62,170 nucleotides of DNA, filler included, from Stramenopiles sp. TOSAG23-3 (GCA_900128585.1; 16 parts of 16 records of this genome joined end to end with filler, not necessarily neighbours in it), one strand, 5' to 3'; shown: positions 21,690 to 32,110, counted from the whole stretch's first letter. Made by a program: numbers and translations. Notes: generated by a model from the sequence alone, not told the origin.

Positions 21690-23258
21690 TCAAAACATAA
21701 ATCGCCCTTGCTGCCCAGACTCCATCTGGAATGGTCTGAAGAGAAAAATGTATACAAGAGCCGCGTTTCCTAGAATGTAGGAAAATACAGCGAGCGCCAA
21801 ATATGGGATTTCCCGTTTCTGCAGTAAGTGCAAATTAACAAAAATGGAAGGAATGACCCAGTACCGAAACTCCACCAAATGGGCAGGCACAAGAACAGCG
21901 CAGGTGCACAGCACAAAGCCAATTGCCCACAAAGACCGTTTTACCGAAGCGATTCGGGCTACGAGCTGGGTGCCACAAAACATGTACACCACGGCAAGCG
22001 CGTAGCGCACCACACTGTGGCGCATTACTTTCGACCATATGTAGAACGTATAGTGCCTGTTGTCCGCCAAAATGAACGGGTGAACTTTAGTACACGTATG
22101 AATGGTCCATACAATGAAAAGGAACGTAAGAAGCATGGTTTTCAAAGAGATGGACATCATTGCATTAACAATGTTCATTACACCGTGCTCGGACACCATG
22201 CTGAAATTGAACGGCAGCATCACGTACAGGACGAAATAGTAAAGTTGTGGAACATGAAAGACCGGGACATGGTGTTCTTTATCCCCTAGTACAATCGACA
22301 TATCGTTCCATTTCAAAAACGCTGCAAATGCTGCAATAACGGCTACTGGCGGAACGAGGGATATGGCTCCAAACGCAAACGCTCGGGCGTCCCCAACGGC
22401 ATATTTAATCGCTCCCAAGATCGACATTAAGACATCTAGCAGCTCCGCCACTAAACCATCTACAGGGCTAACGCCCTCGCCGGAAACGGACGTTCCGGTT
22501 CGGTCAGACTCTTCCAGACTGCGTTCGGAAGTCGCACGAAGCACCGTGGCCCCTATTACAAAGCCAAACCAGACGATGTTGGTCTGTCGGAACCACAGCG
22601 ATACAAAACCAAACAAAGAGCAAAGCGCCACGGGCAGGAACAACCCAACAAGCCAATCACGAGCAAAAGTGGGCGATGGCTTCGCCAGGACGGCTAAGTT
22701 AATTTTCATTGACATGTAGTAGGTCAGTACGACGAAAAACGTCGATCCAGAATCTGTGTAGAATAAAAATGCAAAGAAGAAATGCACCGGTGAAAGCGCG
22801 AGGAAACATATTCGTAATATGTGGTTGGCATTGCTGCTGCGGCGGTAGAAACGTTCCAACAACGCACTTAACACGACAACGGTCCCTGCGTTAAAAACTA
22901 CGTTCATCGATCGAATAGACCCCAACGAGCACGCCTTGTCTTTCAACACATTAATGCTATACGCAGAAGCAAACAGGTATGGCCCAGGGGGTGTCGTTAT
23001 TTTTGGGTCGTAGGAGTCGACCAAGTCCTTCACAGTCCATTGGCCCGCACCCTTGTTAAATATTTCGCAAAAGCGCTGCGTCTGATTGACGTGGAAGACT
23101 TCATCCATGTACGGTTCATCGACAATCACGTCCACAAACTCGTTGGCGACAAAAGTATGAGCAGAGACAAACAACCAAAGCAACAAATTGTTGAAGAAAA
23201 AACTTCTTGGCAAATAGTTCCCAACCGTGCCGTTCGGGGCGGTTGAAGTAGTCCCCAT
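21690..23258 (-). CDS. ALG10: Dol-P-Glc alpha-1,2-glucosyltransferase
   Basis: EPYMDEVFHVNQTQRFC, DPKITTPPG, FLFYTD, FRQTNIVW, IVLGDKEHH, HPFILADNRHYTFYIW, GRFMF. Confidence 0.95.
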   Translation of the reverse strand: MGTTSTAPNGTVGNYLPRSFFFNNLLLWLFVSAHTFVANEFVDVIVDEPYMDEVFHVNQTQRFCEIFNKGAGQWTVKDLVDSYDPKITTPPGPYLFASAYSINVLKDKACSLGSIRSMNVVFNAGTVVVLSALLERFYRRSSNANHILRICFLALSPVHFFFAFLFYTDSGSTFFVVLTYYMSMKINLAVLAKPSPTFARDWLVGLFLPVALCSLFGFVSLWFRQTNIVWFGFVIGATVLRATSERSLEESDRTGTSVSGEGVSPVDGLVAELLDVLMSILGAIKYAVGDARAFAFGAISLVPPVAVIAAFAAFLKWNDMSIVLGDKEHHVPVFHVPQLYYFVLYVMLPFNFSMVSEHGVMNIVNAMMSISLKTMLLTFLFIVWTIHTCTKVHPFILADNRHYTFYIWSKVMRHSVVRYALAVVYMFCGTQLVARIASVKRSLWAIGFVLCTCAVLVPAHLVEFRYWVIPSIFVNLHLLQKREIPYLALAVFSYILGNAALVYIFLFRPFQMESGQQGRFMF

Positions 23259-23662
23259 GTCACTACAGTATGTCGTGCGTAGTGCTGTAGTGGGCGGTTC
23301 TTGTTCGAACTCCTTTTGCGTTTNNNNNNNNNNNNNNNNNNNNNNNNNNNNNNNNNNNNNNNNNNNNTTAATTAATTAANNNNNNNNNNNNNNNNNNNNN
23401 NNNNNNNNNNNNNNNNNNNNNNNTATATGAATGATGAATGCTTTTCGATGAGTAATTTGTAGACTTTTCTTTGAAAAGTCTAGGTAGGACCTAGATTAAG
23501 TAATTTGTATACTGTATTTTTTAAAAACATCATCATTATTTTGGAATTATGGTATTATAATAACACTATTGTAAAACTATAAATATATTGCAAATATCCA
23601 AACTGTTTATGTTGTTTGAGCCTACGCACCTAGTACTCAGGAAACCCCGCTATGCTATTCGC

Positions 23663-23700
23663 ATATACAGTATGGCAGCGACAGCTGCCATACTGTATAT
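23663..23700. repeat. Perfect hairpin (17-bp stem, GACA loop) between 11-bp direct repeats TACTCAGGAAA
   Basis: ATATACAGTATGGCAGC-GACA-GCTGCCATACTGTATAT; direct repeats at 23634-23644 and 23700-23710. Confidence 0.85.
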
Positions 23701-23707
23701 ACTCAGG

Positions 23708-23957
23708 AAATGAATGGCACTATGCTTGACCATTTTTTTTTTCAGATCGAAAAAATATCGACATCTAAATTCCAAAAATGTCATCACTGATTTTAGTAAA
23801 ATTTAGAGTGAAAAATATCATTGCAAAACTGATGATATTACTATTTAAATGACGAAAACGACAAATAACTTGAAAAATTAAATTATTTAATCTGATAATA
23901 TCCGAAAATATGCATCTCGTAAAAAAAAAAAAAGGTCAAGCAAAGTGCCATTCGTTT
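23708..23957. mobile_element. Candidate MITE (about 250 bp) with imperfect terminal inverted repeats of about 35 bp
   Basis: AAATGAATGGCACTATGCTTGACCA(T)n at left versus reverse complement AAACGAATGGCACTTTGCTTGACCT(T)n at right; AT-rich non-coding interior. Confidence 0.55.
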
Positions 23958-24134
23958 GTTGCGTATTCTTAGATCACCAAGTCCATCACTGTCACCCATA
24001 GATTCATTAAATTTCGATACCGTCTCATTCACTCTACTTTGTATAGCTACTAATGAATGCCCAACACTTTTGATCTGATCTAAATCCATATTAAAGACAT
24101 CATTATCTGCAAAACGATCATATCCATCGTCCAT
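23883..24134 (-). pseudogene. Short gene fragment running into the candidate MITE
   Basis: About 60 protein-like codons from an ATG, then the reading frame enters the TIR/poly-T. Confidence 0.35.
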
Positions 24135-25031
24135 TTTCAGTGTTATGTTTTTTGTACCTATCTGTCTATATATATATTTGGATATACTCTTATTGATAAT
24201 AATGTACAGAGTACCTACTAATTAATTTATTGTATACATAGACTATATAACGTCTCGTTGATATTATATATTTGCACGTTGCATTTGTAAATTTATATAT
24301 ATTATTATTATTAATATGATGATGATGATGTGATGTGCTGTGATGTGCACATGTGTCCAATTACCAGGATTATTATATACCTTATTTATTAATTACAAAA
24401 AGAAACTCCAGCACAACAAAGGCCACATTAATAAATTAAAGAAAAACGTTTCTTGTCCTTTTAGTTTACCGTGGTAGCCCAGTTAGCAACGAAAAATACC
24501 ACCAGTGGTAAAACTGTTTAGTATAATATAGGGATAGTCTTATACAATAACAACCGCTATCAGTTCGCACGTTCGCGTTTCCAGCCGCGAGTTTAGAGTA
24601 CGTTAACTGCGTATTAAGGATATTATTGTAGTGGCTACGTATTATACCCTCGTCGTGTTTTGTATAGTTCTGGTTACACTGGCACTCTGGCACTCATGTT
24701 ACTGTAATAAAAAAGCTGCTGGTTAGTGTGCAGTATGTAATAAAAAAAAAGTAAAAGTGAAAGTAAGTATGGTATACCAGTATAATAGTAAGTGCCAGAG
24801 TGTATATAATAATAATCGGATATTTCATTTTTATTTTTGTTGTTGTAAAAAAGACTATCGTATATATAATTGGAATTAGCTAAATTTTATCATCATATAT
24901 ATATATATTATATAAAATCTTTCACCAAAGCGATATCGAAGTGTGACCTCGAACAAGTATATATATATATAATATATATATATATCACAATATTTTGTAA
25001 ATATTTATAATTTTGTCTTTATTGATTATAG

Positions 25032-25535
25032 ATGGCATTTAGTGGTAAACAATTAGAATGCGTGGAATGTAAAGTTTTTTTTAACAATCGAGAGGAACTT
25101 GTTGTACATTTAGAAAACTTTTGTATAGGCTCAAAGTGGGCACAGCCGGAGAAAGAAATAAGGGAAATTAATCGTGAGATTAAAGCACAAAATAGACGAG
25201 ATAACTGGGCAAATGAAACTATTCCATGGGATGAAGTAGAAGCTTATTTACGCTTAACAAATGCAGGTAAATACGATGAGAAATTAACTGATAAAAAAGA
25301 AGATTTACCAATAGGAAGAATGACATTATACGATCTTCGAGATCATTTTCGCAAAAACCATTTACAGTATACATATTTAAGAGAATATATGGAAGATAAA
25401 CATCAAATGGGAATTATTGAGGAGCTAAAACATTTGAAAAGAACAAAAAAAGATTTTAGAAAGACAACAGAAAAACCAACAAGAAAGAAGAAGAAGAAAA
25501 ATAAATATTTCATAGCACCAGAAGATATTTATTAA
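25032..25535 (+). CDS. CCDC17-like N-terminal zinc-finger protein, apparently truncated or frameshifted
   Basis: CVECKVFFNNREELVVHLENFCIG matches the CxxC..F....L..H...FCIG pattern I recall from the CCDC17 N-terminus; degenerates into A-rich sequence after about 25440. Confidence 0.5.
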   Translation: MAFSGKQLECVECKVFFNNREELVVHLENFCIGSKWAQPEKEIREINREIKAQNRRDNWANETIPWDEVEAYLRLTNAGKYDEKLTDKKEDLPIGRMTLYDLRDHFRKNHLQYTYLREYMEDKHQMGIIEELKHLKRTKKDFRKTTEKPTRKKKKKNKYFIAPEDIY

Positions 25536-25683
25536 TATTAATAGTGTGTGCAAGATACACACAAAATATGAAAAAAAAAAAATAGAATTACATACTCTAT
25601 ATTTTCTTCATCATGAATAATTTTGTATTATTACGAGTATATAATATTGTGTCGTACGGTTCGTAGTACTTTAAAAACTGTTT

Positions 25684-26679
25684 TTAACCCAAATGAACTG
25701 ATGTACCACCACGACCTGGAATTGGTCTTTTGCCTGGACCAATTTCTAAATCTAATTGCTTTTGACCTGCCTCCCCTTTCAAAACATTAAAATGATCCAT
25801 TTCAACCCTAGAACGAGTTAATTTTAATTCAAGAGCAGTTTTTGCTTTTGGTGGCTGGCCAAATTTAGCTGCAAGACCATGCGGTGTATTTTCTATCTTA
25901 CCAGTTTGCCACAATTCTACATCTAATGTTTCACGTCCACCCTCTTTATCTGGTTTAATTAACCACCCCCCTTTAATTTGTCCAAGTTCTTCCTTGCGTT
26001 TGTCTAACAAACGTTTTACAGGATCCACTAACTTATCTTTAAATTTAATAGTCTCGCGATTGATTACGAATGGATCATACTCACTTTCAACAAAAATGTC
26101 TCTAAATATCGTTCCTTTCTTATTTGTCAAATCAACATAATTTTGGAATTCACGGCGTACTGTTTCTTTATATTTGGTATGATCCCGTGTTTCCAACTTT
26201 TCATTTATATAATTTGATATGCGACTGTATATTTTCTCATCCCATGCTTCATGTAATTTTTTCAGTTTGTTGTCTTCCTTGGCCTGATATTGATCCAACC
26301 ATTTATGAACAGCTTGTACCTGCGCTTTTTCCTTCGGATCATTTACACGACCATTCCAATACCTAAATGTGTCTTCTTTTCGTTTAGCAGCTGCTTCCAT
26401 ACGTTCTTTTTTCTCTGCCTTTTCTTTCTTTTCCCTGATTTCCTGAGCATATTTGAAACGTTGATAACGTACATCCGCACGCTCTTTTTCCCTTAATTGC
26501 TTTTCACTATCACTTGCCACAAGAGAAGATCGTTGTATACTGACGCTCCTTGACGCATTCGACTTTTTAGCCCTAATACGGTTTTGTTTTTCCTTTTGCG
26601 CACGTTCTTCTAACTGATTGTCAGCAACTAGCATTTTTAATGCTTCTTTATTATACACACGACAATAATGATCACCCAT
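25684..26679 (-). CDS. Charged coiled-coil protein, FAM228-like
   Basis: 331-aa ORF; KLHEAWDEKIYSRI, FRDIF..EYDPF, DPVKR motifs recalled from FAM228. Confidence 0.55.
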   Translation of the reverse strand: MGDHYCRVYNKEALKMLVADNQLEERAQKEKQNRIRAKKSNASRSVSIQRSSLVASDSEKQLREKERADVRYQRFKYAQEIREKKEKAEKKERMEAAAKRKEDTFRYWNGRVNDPKEKAQVQAVHKWLDQYQAKEDNKLKKLHEAWDEKIYSRISNYINEKLETRDHTKYKETVRREFQNYVDLTNKKGTIFRDIFVESEYDPFVINRETIKFKDKLVDPVKRLLDKRKEELGQIKGGWLIKPDKEGGRETLDVELWQTGKIENTPHGLAAKFGQPPKAKTALELKLTRSRVEMDHFNVLKGEAGQKQLDLEIGPGKRPIPGRGGTSVHLG

Positions 26680-27654
26680 ATTATTATATTGGAAAGAAGT
26701 CTTATATTTTTTATTATAATATCTGAATTCACAAAGAATAGTATATTTCTATTCGTATATCGCTCAACTGGTGACAAATAAAGAAACTAACAACTTAATA
26801 CTATATTTTATATTTATTAAATATGTATTAAGTTATTAATACAGACACATACCTTGTATTATGTATTACAGTATATATAATATATTAAAAATGCTAAGAG
26901 AAACGGCATTGTTATATTTTACTGTAGTATGGTGCTATGTAGCATACAATGCCAGAATGGTCTAAAAATTTATTGATTAGGAGTGAGGCCATTGTTGGCT
27001 GGTACCTAAACAGCACTATTATTGAAATTATGAAGATTTATTATATCAGTTATTTGTAAGGCTAAAAAGCTACAAAATATATAAATATCACTGACAAAAC
27101 TTAATTTAACCCCCGAAATTTTACAACAGGTTCAGTAAAAAAGAGAGCTAGATAGCTAGCTACGAGGTACCACCAGTAGACTGGTAGACCATCAGTAGAG
27201 CTCGGAGCTATTACTTCNNNNNNNNNNNNNNNNNNNNNNNNNNNNNNNNNNNNNNNNNNNNTTAATTAATTAANNNNNNNNNNNNNNNNNNNNNNNNNNN
27301 NNNNNNNNNNNNNNNNNGCCTTGGAAATGGAATTGAAAAACATAATACTGCACAAAAAAGTTGTATACAACTCTGGTTGTAGCAAACCACTAATATAATA
27401 ATAATAATATTATTATTATTAAAAATATATTGCTTCTCTTCTTCGCGCAAAATAAATTAATCATCGTATACTATAATTATTAATCGAATAATTCAAAAGA
27501 ATACGAGATTGTCTGCTGGAGGAAAAAGATTAATCTAAACTGTAAGTTTAATAACTGGAATATATGCGATAATCAAGAATACCCATGCTGCACAACAATT
27601 TGGGCAGTGAAACATTCGTTCTTTGTCTTGTTTGGGGCCCGTGGTAGAAGAAGG

Positions 27655-29181
27655 ATGGAAGAGCTGGAAACAGCCCTGCAGCGCAACAGGGAACTGCAGT
27701 GCTTGCTGCGGCAGAAATTAATATCTATTCAAAGGTCCCTGGCAAGAAACATTTACCAGCAGAACCAAATAGAAAGTCAGGGGAAATCGCTGGGGGCGGC
27801 GACGGTGTTGGAATTAAACGAAGATGGCAATTTGCGGACACCTGCTTCGGCAGGTTCCCACCCAGCTGCTGGCGCGTTCGCGCAGCCGGTCTTTGAAGAG
27901 TTCTACAAATGCCGCCTGCGTAACGTTCGCCGAACCGGAGCAGAGGGGTACGTCTCCCACTTTTGCGATAAAGACATGAAGTCAGCAAAGGAAAACAAAG
28001 ACAGCCTGAAGAAGAAGAAATTGTTTCGTGAGCTCGCGGAGCATAGGAACGAAGCCTCATGGTCCAAAGTAGCCCTTTACCTGTTGAAGGGGTTTGTGTC
28101 CAAGAAAGGGCGGGCCTCTTTGAAGCGCAGTGCCAAGAAGTGCATTGCCGATGCCACAAAACTCTCCTCGGAGTTGGATCGATTGAAACAACTCCCTCGG
28201 TTCTGTGACGAGATCATGGCGGTGGAACCGGCATCAATTAAGTGGGAACCCTTGCGTGACAAAGAGTTGGGGTGCGTCCACACACCGTTGGAATGTAAAC
28301 AAAAGTGGCTTCATGAATTTTCCAAAGCAAGAAAGTGGACGAAAGCGGAGGACGACATTGTGCTGGGCTTTTCACCTGAATGTAGCACGTTGCGTAAGAA
28401 GTTTCAGTATTGGGAGAACATTTGTCTCACGGAGAAAAAAATCAAACGAACGCCATTTGCGTGCATGCAGCGTTACTTGGGGAAGAAAAACACCGGGGCG
28501 GATCATAAAAAAAAAGGATGGGAACGGACAGAGCAGGTGTTGTTGAAGAATGCGGTGTCCACGTACGGAGAGCATGACTGGGAAACAGTGGTCAGCGTGC
28601 TCCCAAAGATACACCGGCCGACGGCAGCAAAGCGGCAGTGGGCGTATATGAAGCTAAACTGCATTGATAAAAAAATAGAAGGAGAAATACAGGAGAACCC
28701 CGCAATACTAGGGAACGTAGAAAGGTTAGAGGAAGTCATAGATATGCCCGGCACCAAAGTCGACGATTTCCTAGTCAATTCGAAAGAAGCAGACAGTCTC
28801 AAGAACATGGTAAAGAGCAATAAATACTGGAGTCGAAGTGACTCTCGCCGATTAACGTTTGCCGTGAACGCGATTGACACAAAAGTGGAGAGTGACGTTG
28901 TGTATAAGAAAAAACGTTACCGCACCATTAAGTTTTGGTCTGCAGTTTCAGAATTAATCCCGTGGAAACCCCCAGACGAATGCCGGGACCAGTACAAACG
29001 CCTGCAGACAAACCTGTTCAAACGAAAACAGCCCGGTTCTAGGAAACGAAAAGCACCCAGCAGAGCAGTAATCAACAAACGGCTGGCCTCGAGAAAGACA
29101 AAATCAGTGAAGAAGGAGAAATTGTACATGGACGACATAGACTTTGGCGAAGGTATTATGCCAGCTTACATGACCGTGTAA
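27655..29181 (+). CDS. SNAPC4: snRNA-activating protein complex subunit 4-like Myb/SANT repeat protein
   Basis: N-terminal coiled coil (ALQRNRELQ), HFCDKD...ENKD, multiple Myb repeats (WTKAED, RTPFACMQRY, WERTEQ..L..AV..YGEHDW). Confidence 0.65.
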   Translation: MEELETALQRNRELQCLLRQKLISIQRSLARNIYQQNQIESQGKSLGAATVLELNEDGNLRTPASAGSHPAAGAFAQPVFEEFYKCRLRNVRRTGAEGYVSHFCDKDMKSAKENKDSLKKKKLFRELAEHRNEASWSKVALYLLKGFVSKKGRASLKRSAKKCIADATKLSSELDRLKQLPRFCDEIMAVEPASIKWEPLRDKELGCVHTPLECKQKWLHEFSKARKWTKAEDDIVLGFSPECSTLRKKFQYWENICLTEKKIKRTPFACMQRYLGKKNTGADHKKKGWERTEQVLLKNAVSTYGEHDWETVVSVLPKIHRPTAAKRQWAYMKLNCIDKKIEGEIQENPAILGNVERLEEVIDMPGTKVDDFLVNSKEADSLKNMVKSNKYWSRSDSRRLTFAVNAIDTKVESDVVYKKKRYRTIKFWSAVSELIPWKPPDECRDQYKRLQTNLFKRKQPGSRKRKAPSRAVINKRLASRKTKSVKKEKLYMDDIDFGEGIMPAYMTV

Positions 29182-29480
29182 AACTGCAGCAAGGGGTTTT
29201 CAACTGTTCTTTTCAACTGGAGGTTTAAGTTCCTTCAATCAATTACTTTAAAAAAGCAAAAAATATAGTTCGCTTTAATTTTATGCTATGCATAGAGTAT
29301 AAAATGTAAAGCGAAAAAAGAAAATGAGAGCGGTGTAAACTTTTTTTAAAAACAAAAACGAAACCTAATCGTTTTTTTAAGAATTACAATTTTAAAATTT
29401 TCTTCTTATGTTAATTGTATAAATACATGTACATACGCGTACACATCGAACCACTGAATAAACAAAGGCTTTAGCCCCCA

Positions 29481-30884
29481 TCATTGCTCTTTTCCACCGG
29501 TAGCTTTCTCGTACAAAGACGATTGTTCTAAAATTGGTCCAACAATGGCCATAAATTTTGTCATGAACTGTATGTCATTGTCGTCGAATTTCCCTGTTGC
29601 TTTGTTGGATAACTGGAGCACTCCGACGACAGCGCCTTGCTGGTTGCCTTCTTTGTCCAACGAGGCGCCAAAAATGGGAAGGGCGAGCATAGAGGTGGTC
29701 TTGTAGTCGTTCTTCTTGTCTTGCTCCTGGTCAAACCTAGGGTCGTTGTAAGGGTCCTCCATGTTAATGTTTTCACCCTTGGAGGCCACGTACCCAGCCA
29801 CCCCTTTGTCCATAGGGAATCGTAAATTAACCGAGCCCTGAATGGTCCACAATTCATTGGCCGCCCTATCAACAATATACATCGCGGACTTATCAGCACC
29901 GACCAAGCCGTGCGCATTGTTTGCCAGGGTGTACACGATCGATTCAACGCCCAAGTTCTTGTTCATTACACAGACCACGTCCACCATCGTGTCCATCCTG
30001 TTCTTGGAACGCGCCATCTCGTCGTGGACCAGCGCGTTGAACAAGCTGGCCCCCGCGTGGACGCGCATGATCTGCATGATTTCGGTGTCTACTTTGTCGA
30101 AAGGAATCCCACCGTTCTTGTTAATGGCCTCGATGACTGCGACGGGGGTTCCATTCGCATCTGGGATGGGGACTGCCAGAATAGTCTTAGTAACGTACCC
30201 AGACTTTTTGTCGCTTGCTGGGTTGAACAGTTTCTCCTTGTAGGCGTCTTTGACGTTCATCACCTTTCCCGTTTTTGCGACGTTCCCCGCAACCCCTTCC
30301 CCCATATCTAGTTGAACCCCCTGCGGCCCTTCCGCCGTGTGCATCTGTAGGATACTATTATTAACGTCTATCACGTACATCTGGACGCGGTCGCAACTAA
30401 CCAGTTTGCGAGTCTGCTCGCAAATCGTTTTGATCGACAGTTTCGGTTCGAGCGTGGACGAAAATTCCCGAAACGACTCCACCAACTTTTCTAAACGGTC
30501 TACTTTGTCCATTACCCCCTCCTGCTGGGCAGAGCTGTCTTTCTTTCCTCCTCGCTTTGCCCCGAAGAAGTCGTCATCTTCCGAGTCGGAGTCATCGTTC
30601 GCTTCCGCCGCCTCTTGCCGTCCCGGGATGGCGCCGCCCTCGTCGGCGTTTTCTGCCGCCTCTGCGTAACAGCGCCTTACCAAGTCGACGTTGTCCGTTG
30701 GGTTGTACGGGTCCCCAAGGCGGGCTTTCACCGTCCGCTTCATTAACCTCTGAATGAACTGGAACGGGTCTTCAGGTCGGCTCAATATCATTTCTGCCGT
30801 AATCCATTCCATCACAGACTTGAAGTTGTGGAACTGAAGGTATTCCGCCGCGTTTTCGATGTCTTTCTGAGTATCACCCATCAC
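29481..30884 (-). CDS. RIIa/DPY30-like D/D domain plus tandem PDE-type GAF domains, no catalytic domain
   Basis: AEYLQFHNFKSVMEWITAEMILSRPEDPFQFI; two GAFs with GVAG.VA..G...N..D.Y and NK..F...D motifs; stop directly after GAF-B. Confidence 0.85.
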   Translation of the reverse strand: MMGDTQKDIENAAEYLQFHNFKSVMEWITAEMILSRPEDPFQFIQRLMKRTVKARLGDPYNPTDNVDLVRRCYAEAAENADEGGAIPGRQEAAEANDDSDSEDDDFFGAKRGGKKDSSAQQEGVMDKVDRLEKLVESFREFSSTLEPKLSIKTICEQTRKLVSCDRVQMYVIDVNNSILQMHTAEGPQGVQLDMGEGVAGNVAKTGKVMNVKDAYKEKLFNPASDKKSGYVTKTILAVPIPDANGTPVAVIEAINKNGGIPFDKVDTEIMQIMRVHAGASLFNALVHDEMARSKNRMDTMVDVVCVMNKNLGVESIVYTLANNAHGLVGADKSAMYIVDRAANELWTIQGSVNLRFPMDKGVAGYVASKGENINMEDPYNDPRFDQEQDKKNDYKTTSMLALPIFGASLDKEGNQQGAVVGVLQLSNKATGKFDDNDIQFMTKFMAIVGPILEQSSLYEKATGGKEQ

Positions 30885-31210
30885 GACAATAACTATGACG
30901 ACCGCACGAGCGCGGTTCTACGATTGGGCGAGAGGGGGGTGGGGAAATGTATAACACGAACAATAAAAATTTGTTTGTGGCGATATGCGATGCAATGCAA
31001 TTCTGAAATATTTCACTCCCGTTGACAATAAGGATGTATTAAATCTGTAAATACTTATCCACCCCGCTCCACTCACCCAAATTTTTTTTAACTTTACATA
31101 TCGAATGAATNNNNNNNNNNNNNNNNNNNNNNNNNNNNNNNNNNNNNNNNNNNNTTAATTAATTAANNNNNNNNNNNNNNNNNNNNNNNNNNNNNNNNNN
31201 NNNNNNNNNN

Positions 31211-31343
31211 GAAGAAGAAGAAGAAGAAGAAGAAGAAGAAGAAGAAGAAGAAGAAGAAGAAGAAGAAGAAGAAGAAGAATGAAGAAGAAGAAGAAGAAGA
31301 AGAAGAAGAAGAAGAATGAAGAAGAAGAAGAAGAAGAAGAAGA
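31211..31343 (+). repeat. (GAA)n microsatellite
   Basis: Direct inspection. Confidence 0.95.
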
Positions 31344-31561
31344 AAACGAAAACGAAAGAGAAAAAAAAGAAAAAAGAAAAAAGAAGAAGCTCCTCAGCAG
31401 AAGAGCGCGTTTTTCAACAGAAGAGAATTAAAGTACGTGAAGATAAAATTTATAATGATACTATTAGACAGCTTTTTTTTTGCAGGTTTGAAATTGAATA
31501 GAACTGATCCTGCTCTCGTGTTCAACGCTTATGCTTGTAAGGCCGAAGAAGAAGGGGACAT

Positions 31562-32110
31562 ATGGGTTCGTGTTGCTCCGCCCCGAAACAGGGTCCGGAC
31601 CCCGTTGTAGAGTTAAATAAGTCATTGACAAGCATTATGAACGAAGTATATCCTGGCACGAACTTTATCTGCGTGCTTAACCAGAAAGGCCAAGTCGTAG
31701 CTGATAGAGTGAAGAGTGTTGGGGCAGACATGGAGGAGTCGAGTGAGTATATCAGAAACGTGTATAAATTGAAAAAGAGTGCGGCTGAGTTTGCGAATAC
31801 TGTTGTGTATAGGGAAACTAAAAAAGCAGACAAGGGAAAGAGCCAAATTGTACATATTAAAGGGAAGTCTATCCTGATGTCTGCCGTTTCGTTTCAATCG
31901 GCTTCCAGCTTAGATCTAAAGAGGAGAAAGACGACATCGCAGGCCAGCTGGCTCTTGGCATTTTACACTAAGTTAGAACCTAGTTCCCTAGAAGCATTTG
32001 ACGTGGTGAAAGCCGACGAGACCTTGCGAAGCGATTTCCTTCCGGAGGTTGCAAACTACGTATCGATGATACCCCCTTCGGAAGTCTCGGCCAACGGCTC
32101 GAGGCATTGA
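31562..32110 (+). CDS. Dually acylated small protein, possible roadblock/profilin-like fold
   Basis: MGSCCS myristoylation/palmitoylation signal; helix then FICVLNQKGQVVA beta-hairpin. Confidence 0.6.
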   Translation: MGSCCSAPKQGPDPVVELNKSLTSIMNEVYPGTNFICVLNQKGQVVADRVKSVGADMEESSEYIRNVYKLKKSAAEFANTVVYRETKKADKGKSQIVHIKGKSILMSAVSFQSASSLDLKRRKTTSQASWLLAFYTKLEPSSLEAFDVVKADETLRSDFLPEVANYVSMIPPSEVSANGSRH

